Positions 9,663 through 21,491 are shown, numbered from the stretch's first letter. The stretch is 64,000 nucleotides of DNA from Octopus sinensis (GCF_006345805.1 NC_042998.1:41850001-41914000), one strand, 5' to 3'. Numbers and translations: made by a program. The notes: generated by a model not told the origin, from the letters alone.

Positions 9663-10763
9663 ATATTAAAATAATAAAGTTAATGTCTGGTTATAGAGTC
9701 ACCAATGATTTCGCATCCACGAAAGCTGTAGGTTTGTGGATGACTCATCAGACTCTAGTCCAAAGATATTTAGCTTTTCATCTCTGGAAGGTAGAAATCT
9801 ATTATGGTCATTGGTCATTTGATTATCAAAGAATAAATAGTCTGGCATTAGTGAAGATGGGTTATCTCCCCTAGATCAGCTATTTGTGGACCGGGAGATG
9901 GGAATAAGGGATCTATCCCTTGGGCTGCTATTGGATTGTAAGGACTCATTCGGACTTAGTCACTGAATGGGGAATCCCATGCTTGCTGCAGGTAGTGTTT
10001 TAAATGGATGCATGGTGTGAAGATTTCTTGGTGAGTATTCAGTGACTCAGGTTTCAGGAAGTCTTTGAGTATCCTAGTTCATTCAGCTATGCAGAGCTTG
10101 CAGCATACACTCCCACTGATGTAAGGTTCCGGCTGTTCTAAATCTTCCACTTGATATCATATGGAGTCCCTTCATCTTTGAGGTGCCACACATGGCTGGC
10201 CAGGGATGTGACAAATTGTCTCTGGGACCCTGAAGGAAGACCTGTGGTTGTACAGACATTGCTTGAATGCTGTCCTGGCTTATCTGATATATTTCCAGGC
10301 TTAGGTGTTTGTCGAGTTCACATTACTGGTGCATCTTTGGTTGGCTCCAGGCCTGGGGATATTGCTGTCACCAGTGTTGTTGGGGCTGCTTGTCGGTGCT
10401 GTTATCATTGTAATGTGCAGGTCCGGCAATGCCGCTGTGGTTGTCATTGTTGTGGTGGTCATCCCTGGTCATAAGATTGGCACTATTGTTGTTGGTTATG
10501 ATGTTGGTGCCGTCATTGGTAATGTTCGGTGTGGGGCCGGTAGCTTCTCTGGTGCTGCTGGTGTAAGCATAGTTATCTTCTCCGGCCATAGTGTTGGTAC
10601 TGGGGTCGTTGGCATCAGTGTTTCTGCCACTGTCACTGCCGTCGATGTTGTTGGATGATCCATTGCTGCTGTGGTTACTGCTAGTACTGTCGTTGTTGCT
10701 ATTACTGTGGTCACTAGGCCTGGGTTACTCTATGACCAGACATTAACTTTATTACTTTAATAT
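9663..10763 (-). mobile_element. Penelope-like element remnant with GIY-YIG endonuclease pseudo-ORF and 41-bp inverted termini
   Basis: Minus translation KYIR*ARTAFKQCLYNHRSSF / TSLASHVWHLK / IKWKI / CKLCIAE / LNTHQEIFTPCIH. Inverted repeat 9663-9703 vs 10723-10763 (38/41 identical). Hammerhead at the 3' end. Confidence 0.85.
9694..9757 (-). ncRNA. Hammerhead ribozyme (type I layout), probably inactive copy
   Basis: TAGAGT-CTGATGA-G(T)CATCCAC..GTGGATG-C-GAAA-short stem III-GTG-ACTCTA. Stems I and II pair, but position 17 is G. Confidence 0.75.
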
Positions 10764-10789
10764 ATATATATATATAATGTACATCCCTA

Positions 10790-10935
10790 TAACTTAGCGG
10801 TGCAGCAAAGAAGACTGGCAGAATGAGTATTAGATTTACAAAACTAAGTACTGGGGTCAATTTATTCCACTAAATCCTTAAGGTGGTGTGCCAGCATGGC
10901 CACAGTCCAATGAATGAAACATATAAAAGATAAAA
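10790..10935 (+). mobile_element. SINE family A, 3' part
   Basis: cctataacttagcggt ... ccagcatggccacagtc matches other family A copies. Confidence 0.75.
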
Positions 10936-11142
10936 GTTATTCATACAATATCAGATTTCTTAAGAAATATTTTTTTTCTCTTTTGCTTTCTGATTTTACT
11001 TGTTTTGTATTTTACATGCTGGCATTAGTTGTATAATTTATTGAAAAACATATTTTACAAGATTCCCTCTCCTATTTTCAGCCAGAATACAATCATAATA
11101 TTATTTTAAACCTTCTCCTTTCAACTGAACCAAGAAAGTAAA

Positions 11143-11285
11143 AACTGCCATGACACTGCATCCTTTAAGGCCCTCATGCTTCCCGAAATCCGTCGAAACT
11201 ACACCTGATTATATATACACTTTAGATGAGTTGTAGTGCACCTGAGCACTGTACACAATTATTATTATTATTATTATTATTATTT
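11143..11285 (+). mobile_element. Short 3' copy of the CR1-type LINE at 21660-22325
   Basis: Shares cactgcatcct ... actacacctga ... gtgcacctgagcactgta and an (ATT)n tail. Confidence 0.8.
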
Positions 11286-11429
11286 AAAACCTGTTACCAA
11301 ACCTTACCCATTCTCTAGCAAGAAATTTTCTTATTCAATTGGTCTTCAAATTCACAGAGCTACAGAACATAATGTTTACTGAGAATGTAAACATGACATC
11401 ACCATTATGCTCACTGGTATAACAGTGAT

Positions 11430-11640
11430 GTCATCATCTTTTTAATGTCTACTTTTCCATGCTTGCATGGGTCAGATGAAATTTGTTGAGGCAGATTTTT
11501 TATAGTTGAATATCCTTTTGTTGCCAACTGTCACCTGTTTTCAAGTAAGACAATACTTCCCTATGGCTAGATATGTTTTTGCAGAAAACTGAAAATTAAG
11601 GATACTGCTTGCATGACACTGACCACAGTTGGGGAGTGAA
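11430..11640 (-). mobile_element. RTE-tailed repeat family C
   Basis: ccatgcttgcatgggtcagatgaaatttgttgag, also seen near 15.7, 37.9, 38.8 and 63.1 kb. Confidence 0.7.
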
Positions 11641-12282
11641 ATTCTAAATCACACAGTCTTACCTGCATGTGTACCTTAATATAAATTTATACCTATGAAT
11701 GCATGGACTTTTTAAATGCATTCTTTATTGTTTGTAAATATCTAAAATAGTTCTCTTGAATAATAAGAAAACGAACGAACAAATAGTATTCTATTTTTTA
11801 AATTAATAGGATTTGTATTTAGAATTTTAATCAAACAACTATGCATATAAGCTCCTATGGTGACCTAAATTTTATTTTCCCTTCTATTTTTAACTTTGTC
11901 TCCATAAATCTTATTTTGATCTCCCTATATAAGAATGGAAGAAAGATATAGCAGCTCAAAATATTTGCTGTAGCTTAGATTCTGAATTCTGTAAAATTGC
12001 TATTGTTAAGTGACTTCACTTAATTCTTATGTGAACTAATCCGCAGTTTAACAGTAATATTGAAACCTGTATTGATGTTGTATAAGATACACTTTTCTAG
12101 CTTGATGTGTATGCTATTTTCCCATGTTTGATTGTGTGGCAGGCAACTCTGGCATAAAGAGAAGTAATACCTAATTTTGTGTTAATGTTGTTGTAAAGAC
12201 GGTTCTACTCAAGTTAACCTGTAATTGAGAATTTTAACATTTGCAAGTAAGCTAGCACCCCTGATAATGACACACACACACA

Positions 12283-13334
12283 GATCGTGCCTTCCTCTCA
12301 GATCGCTCCTTCCAAGTCCAAGTTAATGGTTCGCGGTCCGACGTCTCCAGTGCGAGCAGTGGCGTGCCTCAAGGTCAGTGCTTGGGCCCTTGTTGTTCTT
12401 AGTCTTCATAAATGACTTGCCTGACGACCTCACGCAACACACCCTTCTATTTGCCGACGATATCAAACTGGTCGCTCCTCGCGGTAATATAGAGGATCTT
12501 CGTCGATGCCTCCACCAAATTTGGAAGTGGTCTAACGATTGGGACCTGTGTCTGAACGTGTCAAAGTGCTGTCATCTGCCTGTCGGCTCTACTCCTGCAA
12601 CTCAACTTGATTTCGAGCCGGGTCGTCTGCTGCTGGAGAGGACCGATCAGGTAAAGGACCTGGGTATCTTGGTGGATTCCTCCTTTTCGCCTTCGGCCCA
12701 GTGCGTCCATGCTGCCAATAAAGCACGCGGAATTCTGTTCTTGATTCGACAGTCATTTGGAATGCTCACAGCAGCCATATTCCTACCACTCTATGTCACG
12801 CTGGTGAGACCCATATTGGAGTATGGGATTCAGGCCTCTTCTCCTTATCTCCTCAAAAACATACAGCATCTCGAAAGAGTCCAGAGGCTGGCTACCCGCA
12901 TGGTTCATGGTCTCAAAAATTTGTCCTGCGAAGAAAGGCTGAGGACGCTCGACCTTTATTCTCTTGAAAAACGCCGCCGCCGTGGTGATCTCATTCTCGC
13001 CCACAACATTATAAGCGGAAAGTGTAACCTCTCGAAAGAGCTGTTCTTCACTCCTGCTCCAGAACGTCGGCTGCGGGGTCATTCCGAAAAGCTCTACCTG
13101 CGACGATTTCATCTCAATCGAAGGAGAGGAGCTTTCTCCGTCCGGGTTGCGGATCCGTGGAACAAGCTGCCAGATGAGATGGTGAAGATGCCGACGACCG
13201 CTTTGTTCAAAGCCTCCCTGGACCTCAAGTGGCCTGAACTCTTTACATGAACACCACCCTGTACTTAACTCCATGTCCCCCTACATGGCCTTGCTATTTG
13301 CTTTTGAGCCAAATTAACTAACTAACTAACTAAC
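12283..13334 (+). mobile_element. Young 5'-truncated CR1-type LINE inserted in a CA microsatellite
   Basis: RT motifs (frameshifted GVPQGSVLGP, FADD), (TAAC)n tail, acacacac on both flanks. Confidence 0.9.
12378..13250 (+). CDS. CR1-type RT C-terminal ORF (290 aa)
   Basis: LGPLLFLVFINDL, FADD, KDLGILVD, LVRPILEY, LERVQRLATR, WNKLP. Confidence 0.88.
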   Translation: MLGPLLFLVFINDLPDDLTQHTLLFADDIKLVAPRGNIEDLRRCLHQIWKWSNDWDLCLNVSKCCHLPVGSTPATQLDFEPGRLLLERTDQVKDLGILVDSSFSPSAQCVHAANKARGILFLIRQSFGMLTAAIFLPLYVTLVRPILEYGIQASSPYLLKNIQHLERVQRLATRMVHGLKNLSCEERLRTLDLYSLEKRRRRGDLILAHNIISGKCNLSKELFFTPAPERRLRGHSEKLYLRRFHLNRRRGAFSVRVADPWNKLPDEMVKMPTTALFKASLDLKWPELFT

Positions 13335-13400
13335 ACACACATGACAGTCTACTTTCAGTTTCTATCTACCATATCCATTCACAAGATACATACATACACG

Positions 13401-13437
<37 letters not shown>

Positions 13438-13520
13438 CCTGTGCTTCCGTCCAACCTGTGCTTCCCCGTCCAACCCATGCTAGCACAGAAAACGGACGTT
13501 AAACGATGATGATGATGATA
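13438..13520 (+). mobile_element. Very short RTE tail copy
   Basis: ccgtccaacccatgctagcac ... ggacgttaaacgatgatgat. Confidence 0.8.
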
Positions 13521-14049
13521 TATATATATGTATGTGTGTGTGTATAATTTATATTTTTCTCCTTCTTTTGAAGCTGGAATAAATTATAAAAGTATTAACC
13601 TGATCCTCTTAAACTTTAAATGTCAAGAAAATAGCAAAAAGTTTCATCTATACATATGTTATTAATCTAAGGCCTGCAATACTGAAACAAATATAAACCA
13701 AGAATTTTCTATAAAGCAATAAACCTAGGAAACTGTCATCATTAGCTATCATCATATATTTCATGGGTTTTCTCACTACTAACTATTCTTGTGCATCTAC
13801 CACTTATGAAATCCTTCTCTGTCAGTCTATCTGTTCTCTCACTGCATCTCTTGAGCACTTTTAGTTCACAATTGGTACAGTACAGAATTCCTACCTACTT
13901 CTCTTCTGCATATTGAGCACGGCCACCTCTTTGTGGTAGAGTGGTAATTGTTTTGTTTTTTGTTCAGTTTACTTAAAGATCTCATGATTCTAAGCTTTAT
14001 TTTCACATATGGAATTTCTTCTCTAAATCTTTATCAGATTTAGCTATAT

Positions 14050-14345
14050 GAACTAGATTATCAACATACAGGAGTTCTATTGGACAACCTGTTTTAAACT
14101 CCACTGTTATGATCTAGAGAACTTTGATAAATAGTTGGAGATTGAAAACTGAGTCCTGGAGAACACCTACCTGAATGCTAAATTTCTCACTAAACTCATT
14201 AACTCTCATCTTATTGATAGCAGCTCTGTACATAGTTTGCATGGTTCCCACAAACTATTCATCTACATATAGTTTTCTTAGTGACTACCAGACTAGACTA
14301 TAGATTGTGGAACCCTCTCAAAGTCCTCTCTAGGTCAATATTGCC
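14050..14345 (-). mobile_element. Decayed RTE RT fragment
   Basis: Minus translation QDSVFNLQLFIKVL*IITVEFKTGCPIELLYVD parallels QGSVLSPLLFIIVLQAITEEFKTGCPWELLYAD. Confidence 0.75.
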
Positions 14346-14724
14346 ACCAGAATGCAAAGAGCCAGAACAGGTACCATAAGACATCCTGTCCAACAATTTG
14401 ACAGTTCTGCCAATCCATCCATGGCCGTTTATTGTTACAGTTTTATCAAAACTATATTGCTATAGTTTTATCGACTCCCGAAAGGATGGAAGGTAAAGTT
14501 GATCTTGGCAGGATTTGAACTCATAGGGTAGACAAAGTACCAAGCCCTTGAATGTGGAGCCCCAGCATAGCTGCTCTCCTAAAAAGACTGAAGCCACTAA
14601 ATGAATAAACCTTTTAGATTTAAATGTACTTATCTGAAATTATCTCTTTAAATACTTGAAGGGTAGCAGTACTTGCAGATATAGTAGAGCATCAGATACT
14701 TTTACAATATTTAATCTTATTTTA

Positions 14725-14940
14725 AGGTGGTGAGCTGGCAGATTTGTTAGCACACCAGACAAAATACTTTGCAGCATTTCATCTGTTTTTATGTTCTGAG
14801 TTCAAATTCCATTGAGGTCAACTTTGCTTTTCATCCCTTCGGAGTAAATAAAATAAGTACCAATTGAGCACTGGGGTCAATGGACTTGACTTAACTCCTC
14901 CCTCAAAATTACTGATCCTGTGCAAAAATTTGAAACCAAC
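14725..14940 (+). mobile_element. SINE family B with 16-bp target-site duplication
   Basis: atttaatcttatttta at 14709-14724 and 14941-14956; head ggtggtgagctggcaga; B-box-like gagttcaaattcc. Confidence 0.88.
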
Positions 14941-15254
14941 ATTTAATCTTATTTTATTGTGTTCTCTGTTTGAATTATCCTTCGGTCAATAATATCTTTT
15001 ATTCTTTATTGTTCAAGTTTGATCAAATAACTACAAAGGCTGAGTTAGTTGACTATACCTGCTCCCCTACAAAACATGATCTTAAGCCTTGTCAAAATAA
15101 GGCTATTAAAAATAGAGTAATTTTTAGTTTTGCACCTAATTCATTAGTTTAAATGTAGTTGGATAATAACTTTAGATATTTCATATTTTGATATTTGCAT
15201 CTGCATGTATTTGTACATATGTATATATGTACTTACATATGTTGGTTTTAGAAT

Positions 15255-15440
15255 ATATATCAGTAAGGTGCAGGTTTGACTGTGTGGTGGGAAGTTTGCT
15301 TTGCAACCATATAGTTTTGGGTTGAATCCCACTGCATGGCACCTTGGACAAGTGTCTTCTACTGTAGCTCTGGGCCAACTAAAGCCTTGGGAATGGATTT
15401 GGTAGATGGAAACTAAAAAGAAGCCCCTTGTGTGTGTGTG
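15255..15440 (+). mobile_element. SINE family A, 5' part
   Basis: tRNA-like head, ccttggacaagtgtcttctac, aaagccttgggaatggatttggtagatgg. Confidence 0.8.
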
Positions 15441-15559
15441 TGCTCTGCAACACTTTATCCATTCAAAACAAACCCATTTACAAACAGGAACTTCTTGGCT
15501 CTCAGAACATTTGCACAAGGTTTAGGAAGTGGTTTTTCTTGGTCATGAATTGACTTTCA

Positions 15560-15810
15560 CCATATGTGGATGTATGTGTGTTACTGTCTCCTTGCCTTGA
15601 CTTTGTGTGATAGTTGTAAATGTGAGTGGTGTTGTTCATTTCCAAGCTTCCATGAAAACATGTCTGGTCACGAGGAATATATTACCTTACTTGGAAACAG
15701 GTGAAGGTTGATGACAGTAAGGGCATCTGTCCATTGAAAATCTACCCCAACAAATTCCATCTGACCCATGTAAGCATGGAAAACTGACTGTTAAAATGAT
15801 AATAATGGAT
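15560..15810 (+). mobile_element. RTE-tailed repeat family C
   Basis: acttggaaacaggtgaaggttg ... aagggcatc ... ccatgtaagcatgg. Confidence 0.7.
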
Positions 15811-16631
15811 ATATGAATTAGCTGTTAAATAATCTATTTAAAACCATATTAAAAATAGATGTAAAACTTATGAGGACGAGGTTAACCAAATGACATACTC
15901 TCAAATCATTTATGTAGCCTCATGATAATTCTTTGATACATGTAATAATCACTTAAAGATGTCTTTGACATTTCTTCAACTTACTCTTGTTTTCTTCCAT
16001 TTCAATAGTTATTTTTAGTGACATTTAAACAGCATTAATTTCACTTAAATTTCATCTGACTTGTTATAGATCAGATTAAATTGTGTCCTATATTGACACT
16101 TTTGAAATTAATTTTTTCAATTTTTTAAAATTCAAAAGTGGCTTTTGATGTCATTGACATTATACTGAAGTTTTCTTTCAATATGAGTTTGTACTTTTAT
16201 TCTTGTTATGAAAAGCCCATGAAAATTTGGAATAAATAAATTACAAGAGTTGCTTTAGCATTATGAATAAGGTGTTGGAGTATTTCAAATATTTTTCTAA
16301 TTGAAGACATTTGACTTTTCTCTTAGTGAATCAGATTGTGTTTAGTTTAAATTGGAAAATATAGGTACTCATACAGCTTACTTGAGTAGCTAGCATCAGA
16401 TGGACAACAAGCTTTAAAACTTCATACATTTGGATTCAGAAGCAGAAACATTCAACTCACATTAGTAAGAAGAAATGTAGAATTAAAAACCAAAATTAGT
16501 TACTCAAACATTTATTAAATCAGTTGTTGAATTTAAAATAGTTAAACTACTGTTTGTTGTATTCAATAATAAAACTTAGAAACACAGATTTATGTGCAAA
16601 GCTTCATCAAAAGAGCAAGTATACTTACTAT

Positions 16632-16867
16632 GTGGAGGCACATGGCTTAGTGATCATAAGATTGTGGTTTCGATTCCTGGACTGGGCAACATGTTGTGTT
16701 CTTGAGCAAAACACTTCATTTCACGTTGCTCCAGTCCACTCAGCTGGCAAAAATGAGTAACGCTGCGATGGACTGGCGTCCCGTCCAGCTGGGGAACACA
16801 CACGCCACAGAAACTGGGAAATCAGGCCCATGAGCCTGGCTAGGCTTTAAAAGGGCGTATTTATAAT
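16632..16867 (+). mobile_element. tRNA-derived SINE family M with 12-bp target-site duplication
   Basis: A-box tggcttagtg, B-box gtttcgattcc, central ctgcgatggactggcgtcccgtccag; tatacttactat at 16620-16631 and 16868-16879. Confidence 0.85.
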
Positions 16868-17519
16868 TATACTTACTATATTCTTATGAATTCATACAAA
16901 AGTCTACTTTTATCCATTTCTAAACTATTCCTTAATTTCCAGCATTATCCACATCAATCTAACTGGTGTAAAAACTGAACTGTTTAATATTCTAAATAAC
17001 CTGTATCAGCTCTATTTCTTTACTCTCATCCCTATTCAAACCCACTTACTTCCCAAGCAATGTTTATTATAATCTCTGTTATCACTGTTTCATCTCCTGT
17101 ACTGAATTAACATGTCAGAAAATACATTTCAAATCTAATTCTTTGTAATCTGAATTCTTCTTGGTTTGTTCTATATATCAGTTACTTTTAGAACTCATAA
17201 ACTATCTTCACAATTGGTTGATGACATGATATTCATTACAGTTGACAAAAAAGAACAGTCTTCAACACATGGAACAGTTCTCTACTTAAGTTATGTAACA
17301 ATATTTGTGATAAATTCATCTCCACTAATTCTGGTGAATCACTTTACTTAATATTTCTGAATTCAGCTCTCAGATCAGTGTTTAATCTAACACATTTATT
17401 GCTTATTTTGTCATAAGTTGCATTAAATCCTTAAACATCTATATCTACAGTTACTAAAGGTGGTGGGGGTAATCTATGTGGATATTAGTACACAGTCCCA
17501 ATGAAATTCTATTATAATT

Positions 17520-17905
17520 CTTTTATCTTTTACTTATTTCAGTCATTAGACTGCAGCCATGCTGGGGCACTATCTTGAAGAATTTTTAGTCAAATGAATC
17601 CACCTCAGTACTTTTTTTTAAAGCATGGTACTTATTCTATTGATTTCTTTTACTGAACTCCTGGCTTATGCGGATGTAAACACCAACACCAGATATTAAG
17701 CGGTGGTGAGGGACAAACACATACACCCCCCCCCCCACACACACATACACAATAGGCTTCATTCAGTTTCCATCTATCAAATCCACTCACAAGGCTTTGG
17801 TCAGTCCGAAGCCATAGTAGAAGATACTTGCCAAAGGTGCTATGCAGTAGGACTGAACCCGAAACCATGTGGTTGTGAAGCAAGCTTCTTACCACATAGC
17901 TATGC
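17520..17905 (-). mobile_element. SINE family A, near full length
   Basis: Reverse complement runs from head (gtggtaagaagcttgcttc) to tail (ccagcatggctgcagtc ... gtaaaaga). Confidence 0.85.
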
Positions 17906-20089
17906 ATCAACTTTCTTTTACAAAAACATATATGTTTGTCTTGTCCCTCTAACATGTTAACCTTTATAATATCCCAAATTGCTATTTACTCTCATCTTAA
18001 AGTGTCTGAGGCAACTTTTTACTATATATTAAATCGCTTTTATTTTTTTGCAAAAATTACCTTGGCAGATTCTAAAGTGCTAAATCTGTTGTGACACCAC
18101 AAGTAAGCTTTTGATTTAGAGAAATCTAATGAATGCCAAGACATTGTTCTATTTGTCATAATTTCTTTAGTCTAGCATGACATTTAATTTCCCGGTTAAA
18201 CATTACAAAGTTTAAGATGGCTAAATTACTTGATATTAGCTTCTTCCTCACTGACTTCTTTGTAACTCATATTGCTGGAACCCTTTCATATTGCATTTGG
18301 TGAACTATTGGTTACTGATTCCTAATAGTTCATTCACTGGTTTGCTGTGTTTTAAGGACATGGATTTTCTGTACCATTCAGTAGAACAAATATCACACAC
18401 GCAAAGACATGCGCACACACACACGAGTTTATCTCGGTCAGTCTAATGCTCTGTTATTCTGGATTTACTTGATTAAATCAATCTGTATTGATATTGAGTA
18501 CTTTTCTGGATTGTTACTTAAAAAAGTACACACACGCACATATACTTCCACACAGATGTTCACTAGGACTTATTTTTTGTTTGTACATATATCTATCTGC
18601 CCACTCAGTGGGATCTGTCTAGTACTGGGGTCTTGTACTTTTTGATCTATAATCAGTCTATTTCTGAGATTAAATTTTTTACCTATCTATTCTTCGTTAC
18701 ATCCTTTACATTTAATGGCATATATTAAATTTCTTGATGAACAGCTAAAATGAATTTTTATGGTAAAAATTTGCCAATTTATATGTTTTATGTTTTGTTT
18801 TCAATGAAGTTGATGCAAGCCCCACAATTAGAGCAATCACACATTTTAACTGTTTGTGTGGGTTTTATGAAGGGTAATTTAGTGCTTCAGGTTTTTCTTA
18901 CCTTCTAGATAGCTGTTCTAAAGAGAACTAGGGGTCCTTCACTCCCAGTGGTTCATATGTTTAGACACGTAGTTAGGATACTAATAAGTGCTACTACTCT
19001 AGGTTAGAGTATTGGTAATGGTACTGAGCACACTTATCACTCACCTCTGTGACTATGTGACTTTTCAATTTCATGCACCTAAGTTTTCATCCATGTGTGA
19101 CTTAACGACATCTGGTTGACCTCCATGCATTTCCAAAACAGGGGACTTCTAGAGCATCATATAGTAGAGACTTGGAAAAAATTCCCTTTAGTAGCACTAA
19201 TATTTAGCAGTTATATATCTTATTGAAGCAAACTAATGATACCTCGTCTTCACTTCTCATGATCAACTGAAACAATTCTACTTGTTTCAAATTTTAGATT
19301 TAATAATCTTTGAATTTCTTTCGAAGTTGCCTTGCACAATGCAATCAAGACTACATGATAAAGGTCAGACTTCTTAAGAGCAAAACAGAATTCACTCCTA
19401 AACAGTTGCTAAGCTTTTACAAATCCCATATATACCCTAAACCTGTCATGGACAAACTGTATCCTGCAGGACATTCTGAATAGCAGAAAACATTTGAATG
19501 GCATCTGAATAACATCTGAATGGTAGAAAATAACAATGAAGAAAATAACATTTTTTAGTAGTGTGACTTGCCTGATGTCTCATGTGGCCCACTTCCTGAA
19601 AAAGGTGGCCTATACCTGCCCTATATTAATGCTAATAATTGGAGATAATGAGGCCACTTCATGCACATACTTTCTTGTCAGCATCTATTTTCATTCACCA
19701 ACACTACCAAATATAATTCTAATATGCTCTACTAATGCTATACTAATTTTATTCTACTTCCATCTACCATCTCTTTTACTGTATCCCACTTTCTAATTCC
19801 CAAATTACAAAATTTATGAAGTGCTCCTTCTGTAGGACAGCTGTTAATGTTCAACAGTTAATAGTTACTATTAACTTCATTCAAATCTAGTAGGAATGTT
19901 ACTGTCCTTTCGCTACAGAGTAACAGATAATATTAGCTTTGGCATGAGGTCAAAGATTTTGATTTGCAGGTCTATATGTGGATTTAAGTACTTGACAAAT
20001 AACATTTATTTTATTGATTCTGGGAGAAGGAAATACATTTAACTTCAGTTAGATTTCAAATCAAAATGCGAAGGGAAATAACTAAATAC

Positions 20090-20830
20090 TACACAGCTTA
20101 ACTCCGATGTTCTATCGGATTGTGTTAATAAGTTTTTTACGAGTTATTTCCCTTGTTCCTAATTCATCTAGCGCAAACGGGTATAAACCGGATTGTTTTA
20201 GCTTTACTTTCCCCTGCCTCACAGTTTAGAATTTAAATCTGAAATCTGATTTGTAATTCATCTATTTGGAATCAGTAAAATAATACTAATAAAACATCTG
20301 GAGATTAATTCACTCAATATATTCTCGTATAAAACAAGCCTTGTATGTTAAAACAAAACCAAAATTGTCGTGTATCGATGCTATCAGTGTAATCGTAGCT
20401 ACACACACGCGCGCACGGAATCGTAACTATTATTTCTCGAAAAGGTGGGAAGGTGAATGTGACAGTAAAACGTCACAAGATGCTTCATTTTACAATTATG
20501 GAACTGTAACAGTTCTTATATGCCACTGATTTAAGTTGAACTCCTGTTGGATCAGCAGCGTGTTTTTCCCCCTGTTTGTCTAGGGTTGATAAAATAGTAT
20601 CGTTGAAATAACAGACTTAATTTTTTAAACTATGCTACGCCATTTTCATTTTCTAAACTAGCTCCTCACCTAATCAAAAATTGATTTCCCCCTTCAAAAA
20701 GCCAAAACAAAGCAAAAAGAACAACAATTCATTTATTTTCACTCAACACCTGTTTTCCGTTCTTGCTTGAACTAGATTGGCTTGTTAGCTACACCTGTCA
20801 TCTTACTGATAAAAGTACGGCTATATTTTC
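20090..20830. promoter_or_regulatory. CpG-retaining non-repetitive patch, possible promoter
   Basis: A little over 20 CpGs counted in ~740 bp, several-fold above the flanks; ACGTCA motif near 20470; no repeat similarity recognised. Confidence 0.4.
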
Positions 20831-20865
20831 AGAATGGGAGCTCGTACAACTATAGCTTAAAATCC

Positions 20866-21160
20866 TTGTGAGTGGATTTGGTAGACGGAAACTGAAAGAA
20901 GACCGTCGTATATATATGTATATATGTGTGTGTGTGTGTATGTTTGTGTGTCTGTGTTTGTCCCCCCAACATCGCTTGAAAATCGATGCTGGTGTGTTTA
21001 CGTCCCCGTAACTTAGCAGTTCGGCAAAAGAGACCGATAGAATAAGTACTAGGCTTACAAAGAATAAGTCCTGGGATCGATTTGCTCGACTAAAGGCGGT
21101 GCTCCAGCATGGCCACAGTCAAATGACTAAAACAAGTAAAAGAGAAAAGAAAAGAAAAAA
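20866..21160 (+). mobile_element. SINE family A, 5'-truncated, young
   Basis: ccttgtgagtggatttggtagacgg ... ccagcatggccacagtcaaatgac; CpGs intact. Confidence 0.88.
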
Positions 21161-21271
21161 GAATCGAATGTAAAATAAGTAAGAGTCAGAGATAGAATGA
21201 TAATAATGTCAAAAACTCACTATCATTAGTCAACACAAAAATAAACGTCTTATAAGAACCTAATATATTAA

Positions 21272-21491
21272 ACCTTTTGATACCAAACGGTCCAAGACCA
21301 TTCATAGTTCTATGTTGCAAACTTCATATTTAAAATGATCTGCATTAAAACCTTCCATCAAAATTTTAAGTTTTTTTATGTTCCAAACACCAGCTTAATG
21401 TGACAAAGTTATTTTACTGAGTTCTTCATTATTTTCAGAATTAATTGAAACAAGGATAATGTATTTCAGCAGAAATATGGTAACATATAGT
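21272..21491. mobile_element. TTAA-flanked MITE family 2
   Basis: ttaa|accttttgatacc ... ggtaacatatagt|ttaa (imperfect inverted ends). Confidence 0.5.

Noticed and set aside
10151-10714. Mucin-like or membrane-protein ORFs
   Set aside because: Low-complexity linker inside the Penelope remnant; open in several frames on both strands.
12783-13274. 163-aa minus ORF
   Set aside because: Antisense to the CR1 RT.
16877-16919. Minus exon using the donor duplicated in the SINE target site
   Set aside because: Poor acceptor and phase mismatch with the neighbouring candidate.
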